Shown piece by piece: positions 21,942-31,907 of a stretch of DNA of 64,000 nt; position 1 is the first letter of the stretch, and the number at the start of each line of letters is the position of its first letter. The DNA is from Escherichia coli (GTDB lineage: Bacteria; Pseudomonadota; Gammaproteobacteria; Enterobacterales; Enterobacteriaceae). The position numbers were made by a program, and so were the translations under genes. The stretch lies in assembly GCF_003018235.1 (NCBI RefSeq), contig NZ_CP027439.1; one strand, given 5' to 3'. A model generated the notes under the pieces. The model made no database searches and was not told where the DNA came from. It worked only from the letters and a program-made list of their open reading frames with translations.

Positions 21942-22189
21942 AGGTAGCTATCCAGATCTACATCGTGCAGCTTCTGGTTGCTGCGTTCGGCGACCAGATT
22001 AACCAGTTCCTGATCGTCTAGGGCATCGAGCATCTTTTCATACAGTTCTGCGGGGACACAGTAAAAGGCGGGCTGGTTACGGTTCAGAATCGCGACTGGG
22101 TAACCATCACCGGCACTGACTGTCGCCATCGGGTTTTTTTTCAGTTCGCTGACACTGGCGCTAGTGTCACTCAGAATAATGTGGGGCAT
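21938..22189 (-). CDS. Phd/YefM (StbD-like) type II antitoxin
   Basis: 83-aa acidic protein immediately upstream of the relE-like gene in the classic overlapping arrangement. Confidence 0.75.
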   Translation of the reverse strand: MPHIILSDTSASVSELKKNPMATVSAGDGYPVAILNRNQPAFYCVPAELYEKMLDALDDQELVNLVAERSNQKLHDVDLDSYL

Positions 22190-22415
22190 AGGGCACCTTT
22201 AGAGACTATTTAACAGGTCTTTATAGTGTTCTAAAAAAGACCTCTTAACAAGTCTTTTTGTCATTTTACTCAATGTGCCGTAAAGCCCCGCCCTTCAGGG
22301 CGAGGAGGATGTCAAATAATAGGACCCCGAAAGGATTAGTAATGTGGCGTCTTTGCTACACAGGTGCTTTTGTAATATGTTGTATAGCGTACTCACTACA
22401 CAGGAGATGTGTATG

Positions 22416-22952
22416 GCATTGTCACAGATCAGCGTTCGTATTGATGATGAACTCAAACAACGCACGGATGAAAAAATGAAACTGCTGAGAACCAACCCCA
22501 CGCAGGCCATTACGTTGCTCTATCAGTATATTGCTGAAAATGGGAAACTTCCCTTTACTGTCAGCACCCAACTCTTCACTTCAGAGGATTACACCCAAAA
22601 ATTAATCACCACAGTCAGATCTATTTATGAATACTGGCGCGCGCTTTCTGAGACATCAGCAACAACCAGAACGAAAAGTGGAATGGCCTATTCAATGGCA
22701 ATGGCAGCACATGTTTCGAAGCTGCACAGCGATCTGATACACAACTGCGGCACCTTGAGTGGTGAAGAAGTTGCCTCATTAATGATTGTTATGGAGGACA
22801 TTCTTTCTACGCCGCCATCTTTTTATCGCGGAGAAGCGCCCGATCAGGTGTTTCAGGATAAATTAAACGCTGCTGACCAAACTATTCTGATGATTGAAAA
22901 ATGTCATGGTATGAATGTTCAACGCGGGGAAAATTTTTACGCTCTCAGATGA
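22416..22952 (+). CDS. DinJ/RelB-like ribbon-helix-helix domain fused to a ~110-aa C-terminal domain of unknown function
   Basis: N-terminus MALSQISVRIDDELKQRTDEKMKLL resembles DinJ. No cognate YafQ/RelE gene is adjacent. SD aggag upstream. Confidence 0.6.
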   Translation, partial: ALSQISVRIDDELKQRTDEKMKLLRTNPTQAITLLYQYIAENGKLPFTVSTQLFTSEDYTQKLITTVRSIYEYWRALSETSATTRTKSGMAYSMAMAAHVSKLHSDLIHNCGTLSGEEVASLMIVMEDILSTPPSFYRGEAPDQVFQDKLNAADQTILMIEKCHGMNVQRGENFYALR

Positions 22953-23087
22953 ATGCACTGAATATGCAACAGCCCGTAAGGGTTTTTTTTGTGTACGCAG
23001 GACAGTTAATCCTAGTGTCCAGTGTGGAGCGGAAGTTACGTAACATTTGACGTAAGTATTTTTGGGATACTTATGAACTGAAATAAG

Positions 23088-23103
23088 ATTTCGCATGCGA
23101 AAT
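23088..23103. promoter_or_regulatory. Perfect palindrome ATTTCGCATGCGAAAT, copy 1 (candidate ParB site or operator)
   Basis: Perfect 16-bp palindrome, extended to 18 bp (gatttcgcatgcgaaatc). Lies 235 bp upstream of parA. Confidence 0.5.
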
Positions 23104-23306
23104 CTATTGCGTATCATTATTGATACTCTATGATTTCTCTGTATACTGTTCATATTGTCATGAACGTATGGCAACAAACGCAGTAGTAGATAGCTGCTTC
23201 TGCATCTTGGCGCAACGCCTGACTCACAGGAGTGTGTATGAAATACCGCAATGAATTCATATCATTACAGCAATACTTTTTCAATCCGCGCCGCCCCCTC
23301 TCAAAC

Positions 23307-23322
23307 ATTTCGCATGCGAAAT
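23307..23322. promoter_or_regulatory. Palindrome ATTTCGCATGCGAAAT, copy 2
   Basis: Identical 16-mer, 16 bp upstream of the parA ATG, overlapping the putative promoter/RBS region. Confidence 0.5.
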
Positions 23323-23337
23323 CTTAAGGACTGTTAC

Positions 23338-24204
23338 ATGACACTGAAAATTGGACCTATCGGAAAATTAATCGTTATATGTAGCCAGAAGGGCGGAATC
23401 GTAAAATCGCAGTCATCCAGCGAAATAGCATATGATCTTCGAGAATCAGGTTTTCGTGTGCTTGAAATTGATATGGACTGGACTACTGGTCTGACAGAGA
23501 GAGCTTTCCCCGATAGCTTACCCTATGAGATAGAGCGCGAACCTTTAAGTAACAGTTTTACACCCGGCGAAGCGAATACATATCAGCTTTTCTTCCCGGA
23601 CACTGAAGTTCGACCGATTGAGCTTCCTGGCGGGCGTTTTTTTATTGGCGCTACCAGTGAGCTTAATGAAATTAACTACCGCAACAGCGACTGTATGTTC
23701 GACTTCAGAGACCGTATTGAAGAACTGAAGAAACAGTTTGATTTTATTATTGCTGATTCAGCGCCATCATATTCAAACGTTATGATCGCCGCACATATGT
23801 CAGCTGACTATCTTCTGATCCCTACTCTGTTGGAGAAGCAGGCCCGAAATGCAGTTGGTAAACAGCTTACTTACATGCAAAAAATAAAACGGAACTATAA
23901 TCCATCGTTGCAGTTTATGGGCACTTATGTGACCCAAACACCGGTAAAAAATTATAAAAAGCCGCTTAAAGAAGGGTATTTGGGACCTATTGATACACTG
24001 AATCTGAATCTACTCATTGAGATCCTTCAGGGAAAAGGATATTCCGAAGAGTACATTCTTGCCTATATATCATTTGTACCTGCTGCTGCCAAAGAAGCGA
24101 TAGAACTTGGCCTCTCATTTGATGAATATGATCCTAAGTGTCTTCCTGCAATTCAGTATAAAGAGCTTACCCAGAAAATTATTCAGATCGCAGGAGATAA
24201 ATAA
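23338..24204 (+). CDS. parA: ParA/SopA-family partition ATPase
   Basis: Deviant Walker A motif KGGIVKS. The ORF is open from an upstream ATG at 23251; SD aagga precedes 23338. Confidence 0.75.
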   Translation: MTLKIGPIGKLIVICSQKGGIVKSQSSSEIAYDLRESGFRVLEIDMDWTTGLTERAFPDSLPYEIEREPLSNSFTPGEANTYQLFFPDTEVRPIELPGGRFFIGATSELNEINYRNSDCMFDFRDRIEELKKQFDFIIADSAPSYSNVMIAAHMSADYLLIPTLLEKQARNAVGKQLTYMQKIKRNYNPSLQFMGTYVTQTPVKNYKKPLKEGYLGPIDTLNLNLLIEILQGKGYSEEYILAYISFVPAAAKEAIELGLSFDEYDPKCLPAIQYKELTQKIIQIAGDK

Positions 24205-25235
24205 TGGCCAAGAAACCGTTTATGAAACGACTCAAGGCGCAGCAGGAAATGAAAAAAAACTCTGCTGTTGTCTCTGATATTGAACAAGTCATTGCAAATA
24301 AACAGCCAGATGAGAAGAGCCATGACGTATCTGCGCACCAGATTTTGACAGATATTTCCCGCCCGGTTCTTGAACCTGATGGACAGATAATCCGCGTCGA
24401 TATAAACCTGGTTTATGCTGAGGAACAAGTACGACCTGAAGAAGATTTCGATGAAGAGGTTATCGATGGTATGGCAGATACTTTCGAAACCATAGGGATG
24501 CTTACCCCGCCTCGTTGTTATCCCCGCGACAGACGTGGATACCAGATATGGTTAGGAGAAACACGAGTTCGTACTGCACGTAAACGTGGTGATACCCATA
24601 TTGATATTTATGTCGGTAAACCACCACGAGAAAGAAAAGAACGAATCATTGGTCAGCTCATTGAAAACCTTCAGCAATCGGGTTTAAAACCATTAGCGAC
24701 TGCAAGATCGTTCTATGAACTTAAGCATCACTTCAATATGACGGGTGAACAGATCGCAAAAACGATGGGTAAACCAACCTCATTTGTCAGTAAACATCTT
24801 CGTCTCATTGATGCTCCAGAGAATGTTACCGCCCTTCTCCGGGATAAAGTGACATCCGATATTGATTTGGCTTACACACTAATACAGGTAAATGAAAGGG
24901 CTCCTGAAGAAGCCGAGAAGCTTATTGCAGCTGCGCGGGAATCTGGTATTTCACGCGCGCAAGTTAAAGCTGTTCTTGATGAGGTTAAGAACAAAAGCAA
25001 CCGTGAGATTTCGCATGCGAAATCTAAAGCTCAGAATAAAAGGCCATCCAAGTCTCTTAATAACAATTCAGATGTAAAAAGCTGGCAGGTAGTTGTCGAG
25101 ATTGACGGTCAGCAGGGAGTAATAATGACCGACCGTGCGCCAGAGGAAGATGGCTATGTGTGGGTTAAATTAGATATTGGTGAAATATCCGTCGAGGCTT
25201 CAGAGGTTCGTGTCAAGGGAATGCGGTCTTTGTGA
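24204..25235 (+). CDS. parB: ParB/Spo0J-family partition protein
   Basis: ParB N-terminal domain pattern (…GLKPLATARSFYELK… HTH region). Start is coupled to the parA stop codon. Confidence 0.75.
   Translation: MAKKPFMKRLKAQQEMKKNSAVVSDIEQVIANKQPDEKSHDVSAHQILTDISRPVLEPDGQIIRVDINLVYAEEQVRPEEDFDEEVIDGMADTFETIGMLTPPRCYPRDRRGYQIWLGETRVRTARKRGDTHIDIYVGKPPRERKERIIGQLIENLQQSGLKPLATARSFYELKHHFNMTGEQIAKTMGKPTSFVSKHLRLIDAPENVTALLRDKVTSDIDLAYTLIQVNERAPEEAEKLIAAARESGISRAQVKAVLDEVKNKSNREISHAKSKAQNKRPSKSLNNNSDVKSWQVVVEIDGQQGVIMTDRAPEEDGYVWVKLDIGEISVEASEVRVKGMRSL
25008..25023. promoter_or_regulatory. Palindrome ATTTCGCATGCGAAAT, copy 3 (inside the parB 3' region)
   Basis: Identical 16-mer, extended to 20 bp (agatttcgcatgcgaaatct). 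Confidence 0.45.
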
Positions 25236-25672
25236 TGAAATCAACCCCATTCACTGAAATGGCCACTGCATTCCGTGGCCAAATTGTCCGTCTCTGGGCG
25301 CTTCGATATCCCGGAACTCAATCCGAAGCAGCTGCTGCATTAACAGAAGCTGCTATCAATCTTGGATACGTTACAAGAAGTAGACCTGTGCCTGGAGCAG
25401 CCTTATTATCATGGTTATCGAATCCCGCTGAAACGCCTCTGTGGGCGGCTCAGACCGCATTAACGATGATGCTCAAGATTGGCTGGAAGCCAGAGAGTAA
25501 TCAAGAATGGTGTGGGATGTCGGCACTGATATTCAGAGCTAATCGTAAACTTTCACTTGAACTGTTAGTTGCATCCTTGCCTGATAGTATAGACAGGCAA
25601 ACTGCTACAGGATGGTTTGTGGCTGCAATAGAAGAAGATGCCCACTACCGTTATAACAGGAAATTCAGATGA
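25232..25672 (+). CDS. Hypothetical protein
   Basis: 146-aa ORF translationally coupled to parB (ATGA overlap). Confidence 0.5.
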   Translation: MMKSTPFTEMATAFRGQIVRLWALRYPGTQSEAAAALTEAAINLGYVTRSRPVPGAALLSWLSNPAETPLWAAQTALTMMLKIGWKPESNQEWCGMSALIFRANRKLSLELLVASLPDSIDRQTATGWFVAAIEEDAHYRYNRKFR

Positions 25673-25992
25673 CCTTTCAGGAGCTTGATGCTTGTATTGC
25701 TGGCTCTGGTAGGCGTTCTATCGCTTCAGCGTTAATCGCTTTTATTCTCGATGCGTTTGATGATGGACAGGACGGAGTTGATCTTGATTCTTTCCAGAGC
25801 CAGATGCGCTTCGTTCGCAACAATGTAACAACCGTAGCCAACTATCTGCAGCGACAGGGGGTTCTCCATATACTGTATTACCGTGATGGTGCCGCAGAAC
25901 GTCAGTATGAGACCGTTAATAATTATGGACGATGGGCAAAACAGCACTATCGTCCTTCTCAGGCACTTATTCAGTTGCACCGCCGTAATTAA
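25669..25992 (+). CDS. Hypothetical protein
   Basis: 107-aa ORF coupled to the preceding gene. Confidence 0.5.
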   Translation: MTFQELDACIAGSGRRSIASALIAFILDAFDDGQDGVDLDSFQSQMRFVRNNVTTVANYLQRQGVLHILYYRDGAAERQYETVNNYGRWAKQHYRPSQALIQLHRRN

Positions 25993-25999
25993 AGCAAAG

Positions 26000-26015
26000 A
26001 TTTCGCATGCGAAAT
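26000..26015. promoter_or_regulatory. Palindrome ATTTCGCATGCGAAAT, copy 4 (extended 26-bp palindrome)
   Basis: caaagatttcgcatgcgaaatctttg immediately after the par-operon genes. Confidence 0.45.
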
Positions 26016-26074
26016 CTTTGCTTACCTAATGTGCCATAAAGCCCCGTCCTTCTGGACGGGGAGGATGTCAAAGG

Positions 26075-27349
26075 TCATCGTATCATTGCCACCGGGAGGT
26101 CAGTCCAGCGTGTCGTATATGCTGGTGACAACATTTCGCGCTTCATTTGCCACTCAGGAGCTATGCCTCGCCCCGCAAACCACACTTTCCCAAGTCCAGA
26201 ATGGTTAATACCGTCCACGACTTTCATCAATTGATTACTGTTGCTTCGGGGCAGAGTATCATCAAACAGATTCAACTGTGAAACTCCGGTCGGCGTAAAA
26301 TCGTTCAGCATGCAGCCTGCCCTTACATAGCGGTGGCCATTCACCCAGATCCTGTCCAGGGCTTTGACGGCAGCGGCAATGATGTCCGGTGTATCCTGCG
26401 TGGGGATGAGCAGCTTTTCACTGGCCAGATTACCGTAGTAGGGCTCATTTACGGCAAACGGCGATGTTTTCACAAATACGACAATATGCCTGCAGAACTG
26501 CCGTTCGCCGCGCAGCTTTTCCGCAGCACGCTCAGCGTACTGACAGACTGCCTGACGCAGGGCTTCATACGTTGTGATACGCTCCCCAAAAGACCTGCTG
26601 CAGACAATCTGCTGTTTCGGCGGGGGAGCTTCTTCAAGCGAAATACAGCTTTCTCCGTTGAGTTCCCGGACCGTTCTCTCCAGTACAACGTTGAAATTCT
26701 TCCGGATAAATACGGGGTTCGCGCGCGCCAGCTGCAGTGCAGTGGTGATGCCCATTGTGCTTAGTTTCCTGGATATCCTGCTGCCAACTCCCCAGATTTC
26801 TTCCACCGGCTGCAGTGAAAGCAGTTTCTCCGTTCGTTTCGGATTGTGTGATGTCAGGGCAAGCACACCACCGAATTGTGGCCATTCCTTGGACGCCCAT
26901 TGCGCGCTTTTAGCCAGCGTTTTGGTTGGCCCCATCCCGACACCTATTGTCAGCCCCGTTCCTGAGCGCACGTGTTCGCGTAGCTGCCGCCCAAAGTCCT
27001 CATAGTCGATGCAGTTGTCTATACCACGGATATCGAGAAACATCTCATCGATGCTGTACTGTTCCACACGTGGCGCCAGCTCTTCTAGGTGAGTCATCAC
27101 CCTGTTAGACATGGACGCGTACAGCTCGTAATTGCTTGAGAACACGATGATCTGCTCAGAGAATTCCGCCTTCTTCAGTTGAAACCACGGCACTCCCATT
27201 TTGATACCCAGCAACTTCGCTTCTTTTGAACGGGCGATAACGCAACCATCATTGTTACTGAGTACCACAACCGGCTTGTTTCGCAAATCAGGTCGAAATA
27301 CTTTCTCGCAGCTGGCATAAAATGAATTCACATCAGCGAGCGCAAACAT
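26075..27349 (-). CDS. umuC: Translesion DNA polymerase V catalytic subunit UmuC (Y-family)
   Basis: [22 protein letters not shown]… 424 aa. Confidence 0.95.
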   Translation of the reverse strand: MFALADVNSFYASCEKVFRPDLRNKPVVVLSNNDGCVIARSKEAKLLGIKMGVPWFQLKKAEFSEQIIVFSSNYELYASMSNRVMTHLEELAPRVEQYSIDEMFLDIRGIDNCIDYEDFGRQLREHVRSGTGLTIGVGMGPTKTLAKSAQWASKEWPQFGGVLALTSHNPKRTEKLLSLQPVEEIWGVGSRISRKLSTMGITTALQLARANPVFIRKNFNVVLERTVRELNGESCISLEEAPPPKQQIVCSRSFGERITTYEALRQAVCQYAERAAEKLRGERQFCRHIVVFVKTSPFAVNEPYYGNLASEKLLIPTQDTPDIIAAAVKALDRIWVNGHRYVRAGCMLNDFTPTGVSQLNLFDDTLPRSNSNQLMKVVDGINHSGLGKVWFAGRGIAPEWQMKREMLSPAYTTRWTDLPVAMIR

Positions 27350-27771
27350 CAGCGTACCTCACGCGTCTTGTGTATGAATGCCGTCACTACCCCGAAAATC
27401 TGCAGATCTTCCGGATAGAGGGTGGGGTAGGCTGGATTCATCGGCAGCAGGGCAATACGGGGCTTAAGCTGCAGGCGTTTGACAGTAAACTCGCCGTCAA
27501 TTTCAGCAATAACGATGTCCCCCTGCAGTGGTTTTTCAGCTTTATCGACCACCATCAGATCACCGGAGTGCAACCCCATATTCTGCATCGAATCACCTAT
27601 GGCCCGGACAAAGAAAGTTGCAGCCGGACGTCGGATACAGTAGGCATTCAGATCCAGTTCGTCTTCGGTGTAGTCTGCGGCCGGTGACGGAAAACCTGCT
27701 GGGCAACGTTCGGTGAAAAGTGGTGCGGTAGATAGTTCTGGTTCAGGTGCCGCTGGAACAAAAAGGATCAT
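27349..27771 (-). CDS. umuD: UmuD (LexA-like S24 peptidase; polymerase V accessory subunit)
   Basis: Ser-Lys dyad region (…GDSMQNM… KR). Overlaps umuC. Start chosen at MILFVP, 20 bp downstream of the LexA box. Confidence 0.9.
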   Translation of the reverse strand: MILFVPAAPEPELSTAPLFTERCPAGFPSPAADYTEDELDLNAYCIRRPAATFFVRAIGDSMQNMGLHSGDLMVVDKAEKPLQGDIVIAEIDGEFTVKRLQLKPRIALLPMNPAYPTLYPEDLQIFGVVTAFIHKTREVR

Positions 27772-27790
27772 GGTATACTTCTTTAAATAC

Positions 27791-27806
27791 CTGTTTATAT
27801 ATACAG
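27791..27806. promoter_or_regulatory. LexA (SOS) box CTGTTTATATATACAG upstream of umuDC
   Basis: Perfect CTGT-N8-ACAG match with an AT-rich spacer, 20 bp upstream of the umuD start. Confidence 0.85.
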
Positions 27807-27892
27807 TATAATTTAAGATATTTTCCATTCCGCAAGCTGAATTTTACGCTGCCATGCCAGGTGATTGTTCTGGCGAACAAAACAGATGCGTG

Positions 27893-27901
27893 TTATCCAC
27901 A
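27893..27901. promoter_or_regulatory. DnaA box TTATCCACA in the RepFIB origin region
   Basis: Exact consensus 9-mer upstream of the iterons. Confidence 0.5.
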
Positions 27902-27972
27902 GAACCGGTGCATAACCCTGTGAGTTGATATCCGCTCTGCTCTGAAGGACAGGGTTTTTCGGCGGATTAGGT

Positions 27973-28216
27973 AAAGTCTACTGTATGCGACATTTTGATT
28001 TAGTTTTTTCCACTGGCTAGATCCAATAAATATATCCATATAGACCCTTAGAGATCCTAGAAGATCCCCGATCGCTGCAGGCCGCTCCGTTACTGGTCTC
28101 ATAGATGATTAATGTCTACTGTGTGCTACATAATGTCTATTGTATGCGACATAATATCTATTGAGTGCTACAAAAGGTCTACTATGTGCTACCATAAGGT
28201 CTACTGTGAGCTACTA
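27973..28216. repeat. RepFIB iterons upstream of repA (~21 bp; AAtGTCTACTGTGTGCTACAt-like; 6 copies)
   Basis: Copies at about 27973, 28111, 28132, 28153, 28174 and 28196. Confidence 0.8.
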
Positions 28217-28251
28217 AGATATTTTTTGTTCACACTAAACAGGGAAATAAA

Positions 28252-29139
28252 ATGTCTAATAAAATCAATGAACAATTCCTGAATATCAAGGAAATTAACA
28301 AGCGAACGGGAGAAGAGCTCACGCTTATATCCACAAGTGAGTCCAGTGTTCAGGTAGTTCCGTTGATGCGCCTTGGTGTTTTTGTCCCGACTCTTAAAGG
28401 GACCGATAAAGCTAAAATTACCCGCAATACCGTTGATGCTTCGAAAGATTTTAATACGCTTTCGCTCTACAGCTCTGAGGGATTCGAGAAGGTCATTATT
28501 AGTGGTCCCCGACTTGATATGGACACTGATTTTAAAGTTTGGGTTGGCATAATTTCCGTTCTGACAGACAGTGATCATCCGATCACCAAAGAAGGAAAAA
28601 TCGTGATACCTTTCAGCGAATTTGCGCATCGCTGCGGATTCCCACGGGGGAGGATGAAACAGGAACTTCGCACTCGCCTGAAAGACTCGATAAAGAAGAT
28701 TATGTCCACAATTGTCGAATTTTCGAAAGACTCCGGGAAACCAACAGAGAAGACGCAGATGGTGCAACTCATGGGGGAGTCCACAATAGACATTGGTAAT
28801 GATCTTGTTCTGCTTACACCCAGTATGTCTTTAAAAGATCTTTACGCCAGTGAGTATAAAGTCCTGCTCAAGCTAAAAGCGCTAAAAAGCCTGGCTCGTA
28901 AGGAGTCTGCTCAGGCTCTGTATCTCTATTTGGAAGGTCTGCCCACAAATCCTGCTCCAGTTAGTATTAAGCGTTTTCGCGAACGTCTCAACCTTACATC
29001 CAGAACTGCACTGCAGAATGCCACCATTAAGAAAGCTCTAAAGCAGCTGGAAGAAATTGGTTATCTGGAATATCAGGAAATGAGGAGTGGCAGGGACATC
29101 GCGTTTAATATCATCAAACGTAATCCGAAGCTTCAGTAA
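28252..29139 (+). CDS. repA: Plasmid replication initiator RepA (RepFIB family)
   Basis: …VQVVPLMRLGVFVPTLK…GPRLDMDTDFKVWVGII… strongly resembles F RepFIB RepE/RepA. Confidence 0.9.
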   Translation: MSNKINEQFLNIKEINKRTGEELTLISTSESSVQVVPLMRLGVFVPTLKGTDKAKITRNTVDASKDFNTLSLYSSEGFEKVIISGPRLDMDTDFKVWVGIISVLTDSDHPITKEGKIVIPFSEFAHRCGFPRGRMKQELRTRLKDSIKKIMSTIVEFSKDSGKPTEKTQMVQLMGESTIDIGNDLVLLTPSMSLKDLYASEYKVLLKLKALKSLARKESAQALYLYLEGLPTNPAPVSIKRFRERLNLTSRTALQNATIKKALKQLEEIGYLEYQEMRSGRDIAFNIIKRNPKLQ

Positions 29140-29140
29140 G

Positions 29141-29238
29141 CTACTGTATGCTACATATTGTCCCATTATCTTGAGCGATAACTCCCAAAGTATTCATCTC
29201 GCTGTTATGAGACATTTGTTAATAGCATACAGTAGACA
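29141..29238. repeat. Downstream iterons of the RepFIB replicon (inverted pair)
   Basis: gctactgtatgctacat at 29141 and the inverted copy aatagcatacagtagacattt at 29218. Confidence 0.7.
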
Positions 29239-29560
29239 TTTCAGTTATGTGGCCTCAGCGTCGTGTGCGGGCTGTGCCGTGCCTCCAACTTAGCCGGGTT
29301 GGCGTTGATGCAAGGGTACGCTTCGCCGCTGCGGTCACCCGGTCCCTCCTTCCCGTCTGCCGTGATTTTCCGGTCGTTCACCCGCTCAGATTTCGCGGTA
29401 TCACCCTCCAACTCCCGTCAGCCGAGTGCGTCAGGCTGCGGCTTCCCTTGCGCCCCTGCATCCCCGCCTTATCGCCCGGCTTTTATGGAGGCACGGCACC
29501 GCCCGGTGTCGCGGAATATGTGAACAACGGAGGAAATCCCATGCAGTATGCGAAACTCCC

Positions 29561-29986
29561 ATGCAGTATGCGAAACCTGTCACTCTGAACGTTGAAGAGT
29601 GCGACCGTCTGTCTTTTCTGCCTTACCTGTTTGGCCTGGATTTTCTGTATGCCGAAGCGTCTGTATACGCGCTGGCGAAACAAATGATGCCGGAATATCA
29701 GGGAGGTTTCTGGCACTTCATCCGCCTGCCGGACGGTGGCGGTTACATGATGCCGGATGGCGACCGTTTCCACATGGTGAACGGTGCAAACTGGTTTGAC
29801 CGTACCGTGAGTGCTGATGCCGCAGGCATCATTCTGATTTCCCTTGTGATTAACCGCCAGTTGTGGCTGTACCACGACAGCGGGGATGCAGGACTGACCC
29901 AGCTTTACCGGATGCGCGATGCGCAGTTGTGGCGTCACATCGAATTTCACCCTGAATGCAACGCGATTTACGCGGCACTGGACTGA
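29561..29986 (+). CDS. Antirestriction-like protein (YfjX/Antirestrict family), leading region
   Basis: 141-aa acidic protein of the family usually found in IncF leading regions. The start is preceded by a 20-bp tandem duplication that separates it from its SD. Confidence 0.55.
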   Translation: MQYAKPVTLNVEECDRLSFLPYLFGLDFLYAEASVYALAKQMMPEYQGGFWHFIRLPDGGGYMMPDGDRFHMVNGANWFDRTVSADAAGIILISLVINRQLWLYHDSGDAGLTQLYRMRDAQLWRHIEFHPECNAIYAALD

Positions 29987-30032
29987 TTAACGGACGGGGC
30001 GGCAATGCCGCCCCTGTAAAGGAGACGAGAAC

Positions 30033-30455
30033 ATGTACTGTACTGTTAAAGAAATTATCCGCGAAGTGCTGGATACAGACGTGCCGGACAGTGAATGCGT
30101 TTTTGCCGTGGTGCTGACACGTGGGGATGTGCGTCACATAGCCCAGGACTGGAGTCTGACAGACGATGAGCTGGAAGCCGTCATGCAGCGGCTGGACGAT
30201 GCCTTTGAGCATGGTGCGGATGTCAGCATTGTTCACGACGTTGTTCGTGAACTGATGGAGGAAAAGCGCGCCAGCCGTCAGGTGACAGTCCCGGCGGTGA
30301 TGCTGGAAAAAGTGATGGCGCTGGCAGGCAGTGAAATGAAGCGCCTGTATGCCGTCGGGAGTGAGAACGGGGGCGACGGTGACGCATTCGTCAGGGAGGA
30401 ACGCGAAGCAATAAACGTTGTGTTACAGGCGCTGGACGGGGAGCACATGTCATGA
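30033..30455 (+). CDS. Leading-region hypothetical protein (DUF1380-like)
   Basis: 140-aa acidic ORF. Position matches F-plasmid leading-region conserved ORFs. Confidence 0.55.
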   Translation: MYCTVKEIIREVLDTDVPDSECVFAVVLTRGDVRHIAQDWSLTDDELEAVMQRLDDAFEHGADVSIVHDVVRELMEEKRASRQVTVPAVMLEKVMALAGSEMKRLYAVGSENGGDGDAFVREEREAINVVLQALDGEHMS

Positions 30456-30643
30456 ATATCAGCACGGAAACCCGCGAAATTCTGCGCAATTACAAAGCCG
30501 TGATTAATGCGTGGCGTCGTGAAATGGGACAGAAACCGCTCACCACCGCACAGATTGTTGATGAAATCTGCGATTTTGTGGCGAATCAGCAGGCGGTTTT
30601 CCTCGGTGGTCACTACATCCTTCAGGGCAGCAGAAACAGGTGA
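30452..30643 (+). CDS. Hypothetical small protein
   Basis: Coupled to the preceding ORF (ATGA overlap). Confidence 0.45.
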   Translation: MNISTETREILRNYKAVINAWRREMGQKPLTTAQIVDEICDFVANQQAVFLGGHYILQGSRNR

Positions 30644-31400
30644 TACAGGGGCAGGCGGTGGAGGCCGCCTGTCAGCCCGCGCGAAAACCCCTGGCAGGCT
30701 GACGCCTGCCGGAAGGGAAGCGGGCCACGCTGACGCGTCGCCCGTTACCCTTCCTGTTTGTGATGTGCCCGGAATGTTTTTTTCTGATGTTATTTTTCTG
30801 TGGTTACCGTGCTTGTTATTGTTCTTCTTCTTTTTCCTCTTCCTCTTCTTTCCGTTCCTCTCCTGTTTATGGCTTTTCCGGGCGTCCCCCTGACGGGGCG
30901 GGCTGTCGTGAACGGAGCCAGCGAAGCTGTCTCCGCCCTGGCGGGCTTCCATCCCTGACGCGAAACCCTGGCTTGCAGCGACCGTTCCGGTCGCGCCGCC
31001 TCTGTCGCGCCGTGGCCTGCGCTCCTGGCATCCCGGCAAAAGGCCGCCGGGATGTAAGGGGCAACGCCGTTTCGCGCACGCGCTCTCCGTCGTTGCGGCG
31101 GGCCCCTGCTCATTGCCTGCCGGGTGCCACACACCCGTATGAGTCCCTGTCGCCGGGGGCTGAGACAGCCACAACCTGCCGCACTGACTGTCCAGGGTAA
31201 ATGAACAGCCCACAAAATTTTTTACCCAAAAACCGGTAAAAAATTTTGCGTTCTGCCCAGGACAGGTGCGTCAGGCCGTGGCAGTGATGCCCCTTGCGGC
31301 GAAGGTTCTCAAACGGGTGAAGTTCATACCACAGGGAATACAGCAGCAGGTTCCCGCGAAACGTCAAAACCGCGGCTCCCGAAACTCAACGGGTGATGTT
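30640..31400 (+). repeat. Leading-region repeat copy A (Frpo/ssi-like single-strand promoter element)
   Basis: Near-identical to 34130..34700 and 39680..40130. Contains the 14-bp-stem hairpin caaaattttttacc-N8-ggtaaaaaattttg. Confidence 0.75.
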
Positions 31401-31907
31401 CTTTAAAAATCAGGATTTATTTCAGCCTCCGGCAATACGCATTTATTTGTTCTGTCAGTCATCCGGCTGACAGGTAATGAGAACGCAGGAACAGAAGGAG
31501 GAAAACACCGGAAAGCGTCAGATGCAGATATGAAAAAAGCAGGTCAGGGACCTGCTTAATCCATGCCGCAGAGACTGCACGAACAGTTTTTGCGGCTCCA
31601 GTCAATCGTCATAAGAGGCTAAATTATGACAATAAGTATTGTTTCACCTTCCGCAGCGGCTGTAAAGCCCCGCCGTCATCCCCGTTTCAGACGCGAAGAC
31701 ATCCCCGCGCCGGAAATTGACCCCGTGCTGAAAGCCTTCGGGCGACACATAGCCCGGAGTTTTCACCGGGGGCGTGGTGCACACATCCCCGCCATGAAAA
31801 ACACGGCCTTCGGGCAGGTGCTCCGCACACTCGAACTGAAACGCGCTTTTAACTGATGAGGTGAGCCGCCCCGCGAGGGGCGGCAACAGACGGAAGGAGA
31901 ACATTTT

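Noticed and set aside
27960-28220. Short direct repeats, considered as a possible CRISPR array
   Set aside because: The units are 21-22 bp and contiguous or near-contiguous, with no spacers of unique sequence. They sit beside a RepFIB repA, so they are iterons and not CRISPR.
30278-31213. Long ORFs on both strands (up to 311 aa) within 30.3-31.4, 33.9-34.7 and 39.4-40.1 kb
   Set aside because: They lie entirely inside the thrice-repeated GC-rich noncoding Frpo-like elements and overlap one another in several frames. They have no RBS, and low-complexity translations (poly-R/P/G) come from the high GC content. I regard them as spurious.
31626-31856. 76-aa ORF between repeat A and the 453-aa leading-region gene
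   Set aside because: Arginine/proline-rich translation of GC-rich DNA. It has a weak SD (ggagg about 11 nt upstream) and no domain, so it is kept out of the feature list (confidence below 0.3).
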